41,295 nucleotides of DNA from Candidatus Hermodarchaeota archaeon (GCA_048885535.1 JBHLLO010000025.1:1-41295), one strand, 5' to 3'; positions 28,766 through 38,716 are shown, counted from the first letter of the stretch. Notes: a model not told the origin generated them from the sequence alone. A program made the numbers and translations.

Positions 28766-30565
28766 ATGCAAACAAAGACAGAATTTTTAACACGAAGGAA
28801 TGAGTTTATTAATCAAAAATATAAATCATCTCTAAGGCAAATTCTTACATATCTGTGGGAGTTCAAAAAGATTTTTATTGGAACACTGATTTTAGGGTTA
28901 TTTCAATCAATATTATATTTAACGTTTCCTATATTATTGGGGCCTGCTATGGATATTTTAGTAAATCCAAGCATCCCAATCGAAAATATTTTTCCTATAT
29001 TTCTTACTATAATAATAATACAAGTTTTTGTAGGCCTTATTACTGGGATAAGGATATACACTAATAGAAAAATTGGAGCAAGTGTAATTTATAATCTAAG
29101 AAATGATCTTTTTTCTACAATTCAATTGATGTCTTGGGCTTGGCTTGATGAAAATAAAACCGGAGAGCTATTATCTCGCACAACTAGTGACGTTAATTTA
29201 CTTAAGGAATTTCTAGGAAACAACTTCCAGATGTTTATTAGACAACTTTTTACATTCTCATTTAGCTTTGTAATACTCTTCTTAATTAATATTGAATTAG
29301 CTTTTTTTGTTCTATTTATATCACCCGCATTACTTTATGTATTATTAATTTTTAGAAGGAAATTAAGACCTGTGTTTAAAAAATCAAGAGAAACATATGC
29401 CGATTTAACACATGAAATTCAAGAAAATGTTCAAGGGATAACTGTTGTTAAATCTTTTGGAAGAGAGTCCTTTGAAATTGAAAAATTTTCTCAATTTAAT
29501 AAAAAGTACTATAATGATTCAATGGATATAATAAAATTGCAGATAACTTTTGACCCAATCATTTATTTGATTGACAATATCGCATTTTTAATAGTATTAC
29601 TTGTCGGAGGTATATTTGTTCTTAATACTAATATAACCTTTGGGGATTTATTCGCTTTTGTTATAGTATTAAACTTTTTGATAGAACCTTTATATTTTAT
29701 TTCAAGGTTTTTTGGAAACATGCCCCAAGTGTCGGAAACATGTGATAGAGTAACTCATATACTTAATTCGACTATTGAAGTTAAAGAAAAAGAGAGTGCC
29801 ATTGATATAACTTCAATTAAAGGAGAGATTGAATTCAAAAATGTCTACTTTAAGTTTGAAAAAAAAAATAAAAAATTTGTATTAAAAAATATAAATTTAA
29901 AAGTTAGACCTGGTGAAAATTTAGCGATTTTAGGGGCTACCGGTTCTGGGAAATCAGCTTTAGTAAAATTAATTCCTAGGTTTTACGATGTAACTAAAGG
30001 AGAAATCCTCATAGATGGGATTAATGTGAAAGACATTACATTCAAATCTTTAAGGAAACACATCGGTTTTGTCTCACAAGATAGAATATTATTTTCTCGA
30101 TCGCTAAAAGACAATATTGCATTTGGAGATAAAAATCTTTCAATAGAAGTTATTAGAGATGCTGCAAGATATGCTGATATCCACCAATTTATTGAAGAGG
30201 AGTTACCTGAAAAGTATGAAACTAAAGTAGGTGAAAGAGGGACAACAATTTCGGGTGGGGAAAAGCAAAGGATCTCGATTGCAAGAGCATTAGCAATAAA
30301 ACCAAAAATCCTCATTTTGGATGATGCTACTAGTAATATTGATGTTGACACAGAATACAGAATCCAAAAAAACTTTAAAAAAATCTTCAAAGATAGCACT
30401 ACTTTACTCATCACCCAAAGATTATCAAGTGTGAGAAATGCAGATAGAATATTAATATTGAATAATGGAGAAGTAGCCCAACTAGGGACACATGAAGAAT
30501 TAATAAAACAAGAAGGAATTTATAAAAAGTTATATAGGACATTGAAAGTAGAGGAGAGAGCTTAG
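28766..30565 (+). CDS. ABC exporter half-transporter (TMD-NBD), subunit with non-canonical Walker B and H-switch
   Basis: GATGSGKS, ISGGEKQR, LDDATS (E to D) and ITQRLS (H to Q). Confidence 0.92.
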   Translation: MQTKTEFLTRRNEFINQKYKSSLRQILTYLWEFKKIFIGTLILGLFQSILYLTFPILLGPAMDILVNPSIPIENIFPIFLTIIIIQVFVGLITGIRIYTNRKIGASVIYNLRNDLFSTIQLMSWAWLDENKTGELLSRTTSDVNLLKEFLGNNFQMFIRQLFTFSFSFVILFLINIELAFFVLFISPALLYVLLIFRRKLRPVFKKSRETYADLTHEIQENVQGITVVKSFGRESFEIEKFSQFNKKYYNDSMDIIKLQITFDPIIYLIDNIAFLIVLLVGGIFVLNTNITFGDLFAFVIVLNFLIEPLYFISRFFGNMPQVSETCDRVTHILNSTIEVKEKESAIDITSIKGEIEFKNVYFKFEKKNKKFVLKNINLKVRPGENLAILGATGSGKSALVKLIPRFYDVTKGEILIDGINVKDITFKSLRKHIGFVSQDRILFSRSLKDNIAFGDKNLSIEVIRDAARYADIHQFIEEELPEKYETKVGERGTTISGGEKQRISIARALAIKPKILILDDATSNIDVDTEYRIQKNFKKIFKDSTTLLITQRLSSVRNADRILILNNGEVAQLGTHEELIKQEGIYKKLYRTLKVEERA

Positions 30566-32472
30566 TGTCATCGAAAAAAAAAGAATCAATCAATGATAAG
30601 GAACGATTAGATATTAAAGGAAGCCTAAAAATACTAAAGCGATTGATCGAATATATAGGGAAAGGGAACAAGCGATTATTTATCCCTTTAATTATAATCA
30701 TAATTTTTAATATTGTTTTAAATTGGTGTAATCCTTTAGTATTTAAATCGTTAGTAGACGATGGTTTAGGGGGTGGGATTGGAGAAACTGAAGGCAATCT
30801 AGAAATAGTGTTTATTCTTGGAATCCTATTTTTTATTTTAACAGTTTCTGGAGTGCTAACTAGAATTTCTCAAAGTTTTATTATTCAGAAATTAGCTACA
30901 ATTACAATGTTCAATCTAAGATCAGAATTATTTGTTAAATTTCAGAGTTTAGGTTTAGATTATCATGAAAGTTCAGACCATACTACGGGAAAGAAAATAA
31001 ATTACTTAACTGGAGATGTAAATACAATACAGCAGTTAATACAATCAGGATTATTAGTTTCTATTGGTAATTTTTTTTTAGTTTTTGGAGCTTTATTTTT
31101 CATGATTGCATTAAGCCCTAGTTTGACTTTAGTAACATTTTTAATTGTACCAGTAGTGTTCGTTTTTGCGAGTATCCTTTTTAGAAAAGCTAAAAAATAT
31201 TTTAAGGAACTAAGAGAAAGAATTTCTGATGTAACTAGTATTTTAGATGAATCTATTATGGGAATGCGGATAATTCAAGCATTTGCTGTAGAGGATGAAA
31301 ATTATAGAGAATTTAAAAACGCTACAGAATTAGAGCGAAAAACAACTGTAAAAGCCGCAAAGTTAATGGCATTTATACCAGGGATTAGTTTATTAGTCAT
31401 AACATTAGGAATTAGCATTTTATTTCTTTCATCAGGTTTCTTAATTCGCGAGGGAACACTTTCACAAGGAACGTTATTGGCATTTATATTTTATATATTC
31501 ATGTTTTTTGAACCCCTATTATCAATTATTAGTTTTTTAACAGTTCTACAGAATTCTCTTGCTGCTGGTGCTAGAATAATAAGTTTATTAGACGAGGATT
31601 TATCAATTAAAGAAAAGGAAAATGCCTTTATCTTAGAAAAGGTTGAAGGTGTAATCGAATATCAAAATGTTAATTTTTCATATGAAATGGGAATTCCAGT
31701 TTTAAACAATATTAATTTAACTATAAAAGAAAAAGAAAGATTAGCATTAGTTGGATATACTGGTGCTGGAAAGAGCACCTTTATTAAACTATTATCAAGA
31801 TTTTATGACCCAACTGAGGGAGCCATTAAAGTAGATGGAATAGACATAAGAGATGTAAATCTTAAAAGTCTAAGAGATAAGATGGGAATAGTACTTCAAG
31901 AGAATTTCCTTTTCTCAGGCACAATTTTGGATAATATTAGATATGGTAATTTAAGAGCTAATGATGAAGAAGTGATTAAGGCAGCAAAAAAGGTTAATGC
32001 TCATGAATTTATAATAAACTTAGAGAAGCGTTATTATACAGTGGTGGGTGAGCGAGGAAGCAAACTATCTGAAGGTCAAAAACAGTTAATCGCTTTTGCT
32101 AGAGCTTTAATTGCTGATCCACCAATTTTAATATTAGATGAAGCAACGTCATCAATAGATCCATATAGTGAGTTGTTAATTCAAAACGCATTAGAAACAC
32201 TATTAAAGGGGCGTACTAGTGTTTCTATTGCCCATAGGTTATCTACAATAATCAATTCAGACAGGATAATTGTTTTAGACAAAGGAAGAGTAATAGAAGA
32301 AGGAACTCATGAGGAATTGGTCAAATTAAACGGCTTTTATAACCATTTATACAAAATGCAATTTAAAGATCCATTTAAAAAAGATAAAAATGTAATATTT
32401 GAAGATTTTAAAAAAGAAGATCAGCCAAAAGATCTTTTTAATGATAAACAAAGATTTTCAAGATTTTTTTGA
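30565..32472 (+). CDS. ABC exporter half-transporter (TMD-NBD), partner subunit
   Basis: GYTGAGKS, LSEGQKQ (degenerate signature), LDEATS and IAHRLS; TAGTG stop/start overlap with the upstream gene. Confidence 0.92.
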   Translation: MSSKKKESINDKERLDIKGSLKILKRLIEYIGKGNKRLFIPLIIIIIFNIVLNWCNPLVFKSLVDDGLGGGIGETEGNLEIVFILGILFFILTVSGVLTRISQSFIIQKLATITMFNLRSELFVKFQSLGLDYHESSDHTTGKKINYLTGDVNTIQQLIQSGLLVSIGNFFLVFGALFFMIALSPSLTLVTFLIVPVVFVFASILFRKAKKYFKELRERISDVTSILDESIMGMRIIQAFAVEDENYREFKNATELERKTTVKAAKLMAFIPGISLLVITLGISILFLSSGFLIREGTLSQGTLLAFIFYIFMFFEPLLSIISFLTVLQNSLAAGARIISLLDEDLSIKEKENAFILEKVEGVIEYQNVNFSYEMGIPVLNNINLTIKEKERLALVGYTGAGKSTFIKLLSRFYDPTEGAIKVDGIDIRDVNLKSLRDKMGIVLQENFLFSGTILDNIRYGNLRANDEEVIKAAKKVNAHEFIINLEKRYYTVVGERGSKLSEGQKQLIAFARALIADPPILILDEATSSIDPYSELLIQNALETLLKGRTSVSIAHRLSTIINSDRIIVLDKGRVIEEGTHEELVKLNGFYNHLYKMQFKDPFKKDKNVIFEDFKKEDQPKDLFNDKQRFSRFF

Positions 32473-32520
32473 TAAAAATAGAATTGGAAATGAATTTTTA
32501 TAATAATTTAAGAACGATAT

Positions 32521-32856
32521 TTATAGATCTTTGCCACAGCGCTTACAAATATACTTCTTAGCATATATTTTAATTCCACCCATTTGATGTAAAACTTGAC
32601 TTTTGTCTTCTTCCGTTCTGAAATCAGTTCCCCCACAGTCGGGACATACTCTCCTACCTTCAACAGGTGGGTGTTCCAATGCTTTTTCTTCCTCTTCTTG
32701 CTTTTCAACTACATCCGATGGTTTGACAGTTTCTTCAAAAGTTGATTTATCGATTTTAGAGGCCTTCGAAACCGAAGGATTTGAATTAAGAAGTCTATCC
32801 AACTTACCATTAATTTGCTCGAGCAATGATAAAACCTTTTCTTCAAAAAATGACAC
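32521..32856 (-). CDS. Small protein: short N-terminal coiled coil, acidic linker and Zn ribbon homologous to the gelsolin C-terminus
   Basis: EGRRVCPDCG...EDKSQVL.....IYAKKYICKRCG; GAGGAG Shine-Dalgarno before the GTG start. Confidence 0.8.
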   Translation of the reverse strand: MSFFEEKVLSLLEQINGKLDRLLNSNPSVSKASKIDKSTFEETVKPSDVVEKQEEEEKALEHPPVEGRRVCPDCGGTDFRTEEDKSQVLHQMGGIKIYAKKYICKRCGKDL

Positions 32857-32985
32857 TTTTTTATCTCCTCTTATAAGTACTCTTTAAGTTTGTAATTTAG
32901 ATTAAAGATCTAAAAATCTTCTTAAAAATGTTTGTAAAAGAATAAAGAGTGAATATAGAATTAACCTACTTTATTTTCCCAATTT

Positions 32986-33441
32986 TTAAATTTCTCTTCT
33001 TCTTCCATCTATAGATTCAAAATAATCTAATATCGACTCTTTAATTTCTATAGCGGGATATATCAACCTAGATTGATTCACATAACTCAAAGCCTCCTTC
33101 CAAGTCCAGTCAGGATGTTTATTCATTAACCATGCCACAACTATACCACCTGATCGACTTATGCCCATGGAACAATGTACAAATACCTTTCCTTTGCTAA
33201 TATGTATATCAATGAATTCTAAAATTTCCCTAATTAAATTATGTGGAGGGTACCAATCATCAGGAAATCCTTTATGCAAATAAATAAAACCTTGAGAAGT
33301 TGGATCATAAAGATTCTCTTCCATTAAATTAACAATAGCAGTGATACCAAGCTCTTTAAATTTCTCAAAATTCAATCTTGGCCAATAGGCTCCTATGTAT
33401 AGGTTATTATCCACTTTGTATATTTGATCCATTTCTGTCAT
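32986..33441 (-). CDS. Dual-specificity protein phosphatase
   Basis: HCSMGISRS (Cx5R) P-loop, LYIG, GITAIVNL and AWLM. Confidence 0.9.
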   Translation of the reverse strand: MTEMDQIYKVDNNLYIGAYWPRLNFEKFKELGITAIVNLMEENLYDPTSQGFIYLHKGFPDDWYPPHNLIREILEFIDIHISKGKVFVHCSMGISRSGGIVVAWLMNKHPDWTWKEALSYVNQSRLIYPAIEIKESILDYFESIDGRRREI

Positions 33442-33464
33442 TAAAAGCTCAGCTCATAAAAATG

Positions 33465-33845
33465 TCAATCTACATTAACTAAATCTCGACTTGCAATAAC
33501 ATTTGCTTCTAATCCAAGGACATTTTCAATTATGATTTCTCCCATTTTAATTGGAGCTTTAATATTCATTTTAGCTATCTCCATAAGAACATCTTTTAGT
33601 TTATCTTTAAGAATAGGCTTGTCTGTTCTAACTGGGATTACGGGTAACAATGCGTTTTTTATTCGCATTGTTGATGTGAGTATTCGCTTTGGCTCATAAT
33701 ACTCTTGTTGAGAATATTCCAAACCACGGTCACATGTATATCCCTCAAATGTAATCTTCTCTTTGACATCCTTCTTTACTTTTATTTCACAACCTGTTGG
33801 ACATACAATACAACGAATTATTCTTATTGTACTTAATTCTGACAT
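33465..33845 (-). CDS. DUF1667 family protein
   Basis: CIVCPTGC, G..C.RG..Y, P.RILTST and PVRT..PI.K. Confidence 0.85.
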   Translation of the reverse strand: MSELSTIRIIRCIVCPTGCEIKVKKDVKEKITFEGYTCDRGLEYSQQEYYEPKRILTSTMRIKNALLPVIPVRTDKPILKDKLKDVLMEIAKMNIKAPIKMGEIIIENVLGLEANVIASRDLVNVD

Positions 33846-33862
33846 TTATTATCTCCTCTAAA

Positions 33863-35161
33863 TTATTCCTCTTCAATTAAAACCTCCGGACGGGGAATTA
33901 CTTCAACCATAATTACCTTACATTCAGGATTTATGCCTTCTTTCTCTAAATTTATACTTAATTCTACCATTTCACTTGGTATTACATAAACTTTCTTTCT
34001 TTTGTATATTACATTATTCTCTTCATCTTTGAACTGTATAAGCACTCTTCTATCAGGATAATTTACTCTGAAAGCGAATATCAAATCATTTGATAAATCA
34101 CTTTTATTTATGATATCAGGTTTAATATAATTCACATTCTCTCCAGGAATGAGTTTAATGACTTCACGAGTCTTAATATCTTTACCATATCGTTTTGTTA
34201 CATATTCTACAGCATTCAATCCAGCTCGTTTGGCTTCAGCTGTAACTAAATCGACTAAATCATGGACTTGTAATACATTTCCACATGCAAAAATACCATC
34301 AATAGTTGTCTCTAAGTTATTATCAACAATGGGACCACCATTTTTAGAAAGTTCAGCTCCTACTTGTAATGTTAGCTCATTTTCTGGAATTAATCCAACT
34401 GACAAGAGAAGGGTATCACATTCGATAAACTTGTCTGATCCTACAATCCGATCAAAATTTCTATCTACTTTTGAAATTGTTACTCCTTTAACTCTATCCC
34501 TTCCATGAATTTTAGTGACTGTATAACTTGTAATTAAAGGAATTTCGTAATCTTCTAAACATTGAACTTGGTTTCTTAATAAGCCACTAACGTATGGCAG
34601 TATCTCAACAACAGCCTTTACTTTGCACCCTTCCCATGTTAATCTACGCGCCATTATCATACCGATATCTCCACTACCCAAGATTACAAAAGTAGTCCCT
34701 GGGAGATAGCCTTCTATATTTACAAATCTTTGAGCCTGTCCTGCAGTGTATATTCCTGAAGGTCTAAATCCGGGTATATTAATAGCTCCCCGTGTTCGTT
34801 CTCTGCAACCCATTGCTAAAATGATCGATTTTGCTTCAATTTCAATAAGTCCTTCTTGCTTATTAACAGCAAACATCTTCTTATCCTTAGAAATCTCAAA
34901 AACCATAGTATCTAATAAGTATGGGATTTTTAGATCTTTAATTTGATTAATAAATCTCTGGATATACTCTGGTCCAGTTAGTTCTTCTTTGAACTCTTTT
35001 AACCCAAATCCATTGTGAATACATTGTAAAGTGATTCCCCCCAGTTCTCGATCCCTTTCAATAATAATAACGCTTAAATCTGCTTTTTTAACTTCGATAG
35101 CAGAAGCTAAACCGGCTGCTCCTGAACCTATAATAGCTACGTCTGTTTTATATTTTTTCAT
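33863..35161 (-). CDS. NAD(P)/FAD-dependent oxidoreductase (partner of the GlpA-like subunit)
   Basis: IIGSGAAGL, QCIHNGFG, LTGPEY, AMGCRER, GSGDIG, SVGLIPENEL and GNVLQVHDLVD. Confidence 0.88.
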   Translation of the reverse strand: MKKYKTDVAIIGSGAAGLASAIEVKKADLSVIIIERDRELGGITLQCIHNGFGLKEFKEELTGPEYIQRFINQIKDLKIPYLLDTMVFEISKDKKMFAVNKQEGLIEIEAKSIILAMGCRERTRGAINIPGFRPSGIYTAGQAQRFVNIEGYLPGTTFVILGSGDIGMIMARRLTWEGCKVKAVVEILPYVSGLLRNQVQCLEDYEIPLITSYTVTKIHGRDRVKGVTISKVDRNFDRIVGSDKFIECDTLLLSVGLIPENELTLQVGAELSKNGGPIVDNNLETTIDGIFACGNVLQVHDLVDLVTAEAKRAGLNAVEYVTKRYGKDIKTREVIKLIPGENVNYIKPDIINKSDLSNDLIFAFRVNYPDRRVLIQFKDEENNVIYKRKKVYVIPSEMVELSINLEKEGINPECKVIMVEVIPRPEVLIEEE

Positions 35162-36627
35162 TCACTTTCACTCTCCTTTAGTTTGTTTAATTGAATTTCT
35201 TTCGTTTTACTGATTAAAAAATATGTATCTTCTCCTCTTTTTGTCACCTCTTCGTATGGTATACCTAATTCTCGAGATAGGATTTCAATTACACGTGGAC
35301 GGCAGAATCCTCCTCCACATCTCCCCATACCAGGACGGCAACGAAGTTTTATTCCATCAACCGTAGTGGCTCCGATTTCCCTATGAATTGCATCAATAAT
35401 TTCTTTTTCTGGTATCATTTCGCATCGACAAATGATTCTTGCCCAAGATGGATTTTCTTTTATCTTAGCATCTAGTTCATCCTTTGAAAGGTCTTTAAAT
35501 CTCTCGGGTTTTGGACGAAAAGGATTATAATTCTCTTTTATTTCAAGTTCTACTCCTAAAAGTTCAAGATATTCTACAACTCTTTCAGCAATTGCATAAC
35601 AAGAAGTTAATCCTGGTGATAAAATCCCAGCTACATTTATAAATCCATAGATATCTGTATTGTCAATAATGAAATCATAAGTGTCTGGTACAGCCCTCAA
35701 TCCAGCAAAATTCTTTATTGATGCCCTTAAGGGAAGATTGGGTACTAAATGCCGTCCACCTTCAATTAATTCCTTTAATCCTGCTTCAGTTGTGGATGTA
35801 TCCTTTTTATCTGTAATATTTTGAGCATTAGGACCTACAAATGTGTTTCCGTGCAATGTTGGGCATACTAAAATCCCTTTAGATACTTTAGTAGGAATAG
35901 GAAATAAAATTTTATTCAAGTGTAAAGCATTACGATCGAATAAAATATACTCACCTTTCCTTGGCATAATTTCGAAATAATCTAAACCTACCATTTTCGA
36001 AATTTTTGCCGCGTATAATCCTGCGGCGTTAACCAAATTCCGTGCTTGGAACTCATCGGTTTTAGTTTTTATCTTAAAAATATAATCTTGGTGTTTAATT
36101 TTAGTTACATTTTGATTTCGGAAGAATTTTACACCGTTAGTAGCTGCATTTTCTGCAAGAGAAAAAGTCATTTCATAAGGACTCACAATGCCAGCTGTTG
36201 GGGCATGCAGAACTCCAATTACATCATCTGTTAGATTAGGTTCCATATATTTAATTTTTTCTTTATCTAATATAAGCTCTAGTCCTGGGATACCATCTTC
36301 TATTCCTCGTTTTCGCTCTTCTTCAAGAAACTTTATTTGGTTATCTTCTAAAGCAACTACAAATGATCCAATTCTCTGAAAGGGAAAATTTAGTTCTTCT
36401 GCTGCCTGTGTATACAACTTATTGCCTTTTATGCAAAAATTTCTCCTTATATGTTCTCTTGGTGCGCCATATCCAGCGTGAACAACTCCTGAGTTTGCTT
36501 TTGTTGTACCAAATGCGATATCTGCTTCCTTTTCTAGTAAGCAAACATTTAAGCTATATTTAGATAAAGTACGTGCAACACAGCATCCAATTACTCCACC
36601 ACCAATTATAATAACATCATATATCAA
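35158..36627 (-). CDS. FAD-dependent oxidoreductase, GlpA/LhgO-like (glycerol-3-phosphate dehydrogenase-like), with a BFD-like [2Fe-2S] domain
   Basis: IIGGGVIG, TKANSGVVHAG, RKGEY, FAGLR, SPGLT, ICRCE and GMGRCGGGFC. Confidence 0.85.
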   Translation of the reverse strand: MIYDVIIIGGGVIGCCVARTLSKYSLNVCLLEKEADIAFGTTKANSGVVHAGYGAPREHIRRNFCIKGNKLYTQAAEELNFPFQRIGSFVVALEDNQIKFLEEERKRGIEDGIPGLELILDKEKIKYMEPNLTDDVIGVLHAPTAGIVSPYEMTFSLAENAATNGVKFFRNQNVTKIKHQDYIFKIKTKTDEFQARNLVNAAGLYAAKISKMVGLDYFEIMPRKGEYILFDRNALHLNKILFPIPTKVSKGILVCPTLHGNTFVGPNAQNITDKKDTSTTEAGLKELIEGGRHLVPNLPLRASIKNFAGLRAVPDTYDFIIDNTDIYGFINVAGILSPGLTSCYAIAERVVEYLELLGVELEIKENYNPFRPKPERFKDLSKDELDAKIKENPSWARIICRCEMIPEKEIIDAIHREIGATTVDGIKLRCRPGMGRCGGGFCRPRVIEILSRELGIPYEEVTKRGEDTYFLISKTKEIQLNKLKESESE

Positions 36628-36752
36628 TATTAATTCCCTAAATAATGTGGTAAATAAAACAGAGATTTATGTTATAAATTGTAAGATTTCTTTAAAATTT
36701 ATTTAGAAATAAGATGAAGTTGAAGTCAGTTTGCTATTCTCTATAATTGGAT

Positions 36753-37106
36753 TTAAAATAGAATGGTAAAAAACCAGAATAAATTGAAAATTATAGCGAT
36801 GATAATTAAGGCAATGGTAACTGGATTAAACACAACGTTTCTTAAGGATTTTGAATATTTTAATTGAAGGTCACCTTTTAATAGATTCTCAATTGGCTTA
36901 AACTTAGGGTTATTTGCTTCTTTAAGGTGATAAGATCCCAGAAAGCGTGGTGTGGAAAGACTTTTAATAATATTACTAAAACTATGTGAAGTAAATGGAT
37001 TTAATGCTGTTTTAGATTTAATATTGAATTCTTCTTCGTAATTTTGAATGTATTTTGCTTCATTCAAAGTTTCTTTATCATTATTGTGTTTTTTAGATCT
37101 TGTCAT
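36753..37106 (-). CDS. Hypothetical tail-anchored protein
   Basis: Hydrophilic N-terminus and a single TM at the extreme C-terminus. Confidence 0.6.
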   Translation of the reverse strand: MTRSKKHNNDKETLNEAKYIQNYEEEFNIKSKTALNPFTSHSFSNIIKSLSTPRFLGSYHLKEANNPKFKPIENLLKGDLQLKYSKSLRNVVFNPVTIALIIIAIIFNLFWFFTILF

Positions 37107-37219
37107 AAATAATTCAGATAAAATTTATAATTTAACTCATGAAAAAAATAGATAAACAATCTTAAAATTTTTATGGTTATGATATAAAACAGTCTAAATA
37201 TCCAAATTATTTATTAATT

Positions 37220-37639
37220 TTATGACCAAAAAGCTTCTTTTAATTTATCTACAGGTTTTTCTAGAGAATTTTCTATGAATTGTCCAAAATTAGCAAAAAT
37301 AGATACATCACCATCCCATTTAAGTAAATCGTCAGAGGGGTATATCTCAAAGAATTTATCACTGATTGCCTTTAATTCTTCAACTACCTTTTTCTCTTTA
37401 GTCTTATTTAAAGCAGTGCCTACAAAAAGAAAATCTCTGCGTCTAACGATTGTAAATCTTATACTACTCATCTCAAAATTAGAGATACCTCCGTTGGAAA
37501 GCTTTTCAGCAAAAGTATTTAATGCCGACATTAGTGCACCAAATAATTGGGGATTAATTTTTTCTTCATCTATAACTCTGGAATATAAAGTGACTCCAGT
37601 AGATGTAAGAACCCATAAATCTTTTATTACTTTTGCCAA
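37220..37639 (-). CDS. Longin-like domain protein
   Basis: IKDLWVL..TGV.LYS, QLFGALMSALNTFA, I..FE....RF and L..I...F...Y pattern typical of Asgard longin-fold proteins. Confidence 0.72.
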   Translation of the reverse strand: MAKVIKDLWVLTSTGVTLYSRVIDEEKINPQLFGALMSALNTFAEKLSNGGISNFEMSSIRFTIVRRRDFLFVGTALNKTKEKKVVEELKAISDKFFEIYPSDDLLKWDGDVSIFANFGQFIENSLEKPVDKLKEAFWS

Positions 37640-37812
37640 AATAATCCTATTATCTATAATTTAAAATTAAATTTCTTAGAAGAAATTTAGAAAATTAAAA
37701 ATTATTAAGCTAATTCCTTTAAGAAAATATATCTATTTATTATAATATAAATTATTACAACTTTAAAATTGCATTTTTTTCAAAAATTTTTTCAATCAAG
37801 GTCTTCGTTATA

Positions 37813-38697
37813 ATGGAATGGAAAACTAAAATTACTCAAATGACTGGCATTAAGTTTCCTATAATAATGGGAGCTTTTGCTGGTGTAGGGAGAGCAAGGT
37901 TTGCTGCCGCTTTTTCGAATGCTGGAGGTTTAGGAATTATTACAGCATTAAATTTTGATACAAGTGAACAGTTCCTTAATGAATTAGATATTATGGAAAC
38001 CTTAACGAATAAGCCATTTGGAATTAATTTTTCAATAATGCCCCCCGAGATGGCAAAAAAAGTTCCAAAACCTAGATCCGAAAATTTTTATATGGATTTC
38101 CTTGATATTGCTTTGGAACATAGAATCAAAATTTTTACAACTTCAGCATATCAAGCACCTAATATAGGTAAAAAAATTCAAGATAATGGTGGATTGTGGT
38201 TCCATAAGTGTGCAACTCTAAAGCATGCTCAATCTGCTGAGAAACTGGGTGCCGATGCTGTAACCTTAGTTGGTTTAGAAGGAACAGGATTTAAGAATCC
38301 TTTACAAAATACTACTCTGGTAAATATCACAATGGCAAAAGAAATGTTAAAGATTCCTATTATTGCAGCTGGCGGTATTGGAGATTCCCGTGGTTTTCTA
38401 GCAGCATTGGCTATGGGTGCAGATGCTGTTTGTTTTGGAACAGCTATTTTAGCTACTGAGGAGTGTAGTATACCAAATAGTTATAAAAAAAAATTAATTA
38501 ATCAAGATATTTTTGATGAAAATTATTACAAACAGATTTATCATTTTCAATTAAAAGATAAAAGTATTTGGAGTCCAGCAGCAGGACACATTAAAAAAGT
38601 CATGTCTCTAAAAAATTTTATTGAAAATATTATATCTGAAGCAGAAAATATTTTAAAATCGTGGGGATACCAGAGTGAAGAATTTAATACAATTTAG
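37813..38697 (+). CDS. Nitronate monooxygenase / FabK-like flavin oxidoreductase
   Basis: GIKFPIIMG, AA.SNAGGLG, T.KPFGIN and PIIAAGGIGD.RG..AA.AMGA..V..GT. Confidence 0.85.
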   Translation: MEWKTKITQMTGIKFPIIMGAFAGVGRARFAAAFSNAGGLGIITALNFDTSEQFLNELDIMETLTNKPFGINFSIMPPEMAKKVPKPRSENFYMDFLDIALEHRIKIFTTSAYQAPNIGKKIQDNGGLWFHKCATLKHAQSAEKLGADAVTLVGLEGTGFKNPLQNTTLVNITMAKEMLKIPIIAAGGIGDSRGFLAALAMGADAVCFGTAILATEECSIPNSYKKKLINQDIFDENYYKQIYHFQLKDKSIWSPAAGHIKKVMSLKNFIENIISEAENILKSWGYQSEEFNTI

Positions 38698-38716
38698 ATA
38701 AAAAAGGTGAAGACCA

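Noticed and set aside
32508-32708. 66-aa alternate-frame ORF overlapping the Zn-ribbon gene
   Set aside because: Same-strand overlap with ORF 32521..32856, which has the Shine-Dalgarno and the conserved motif.
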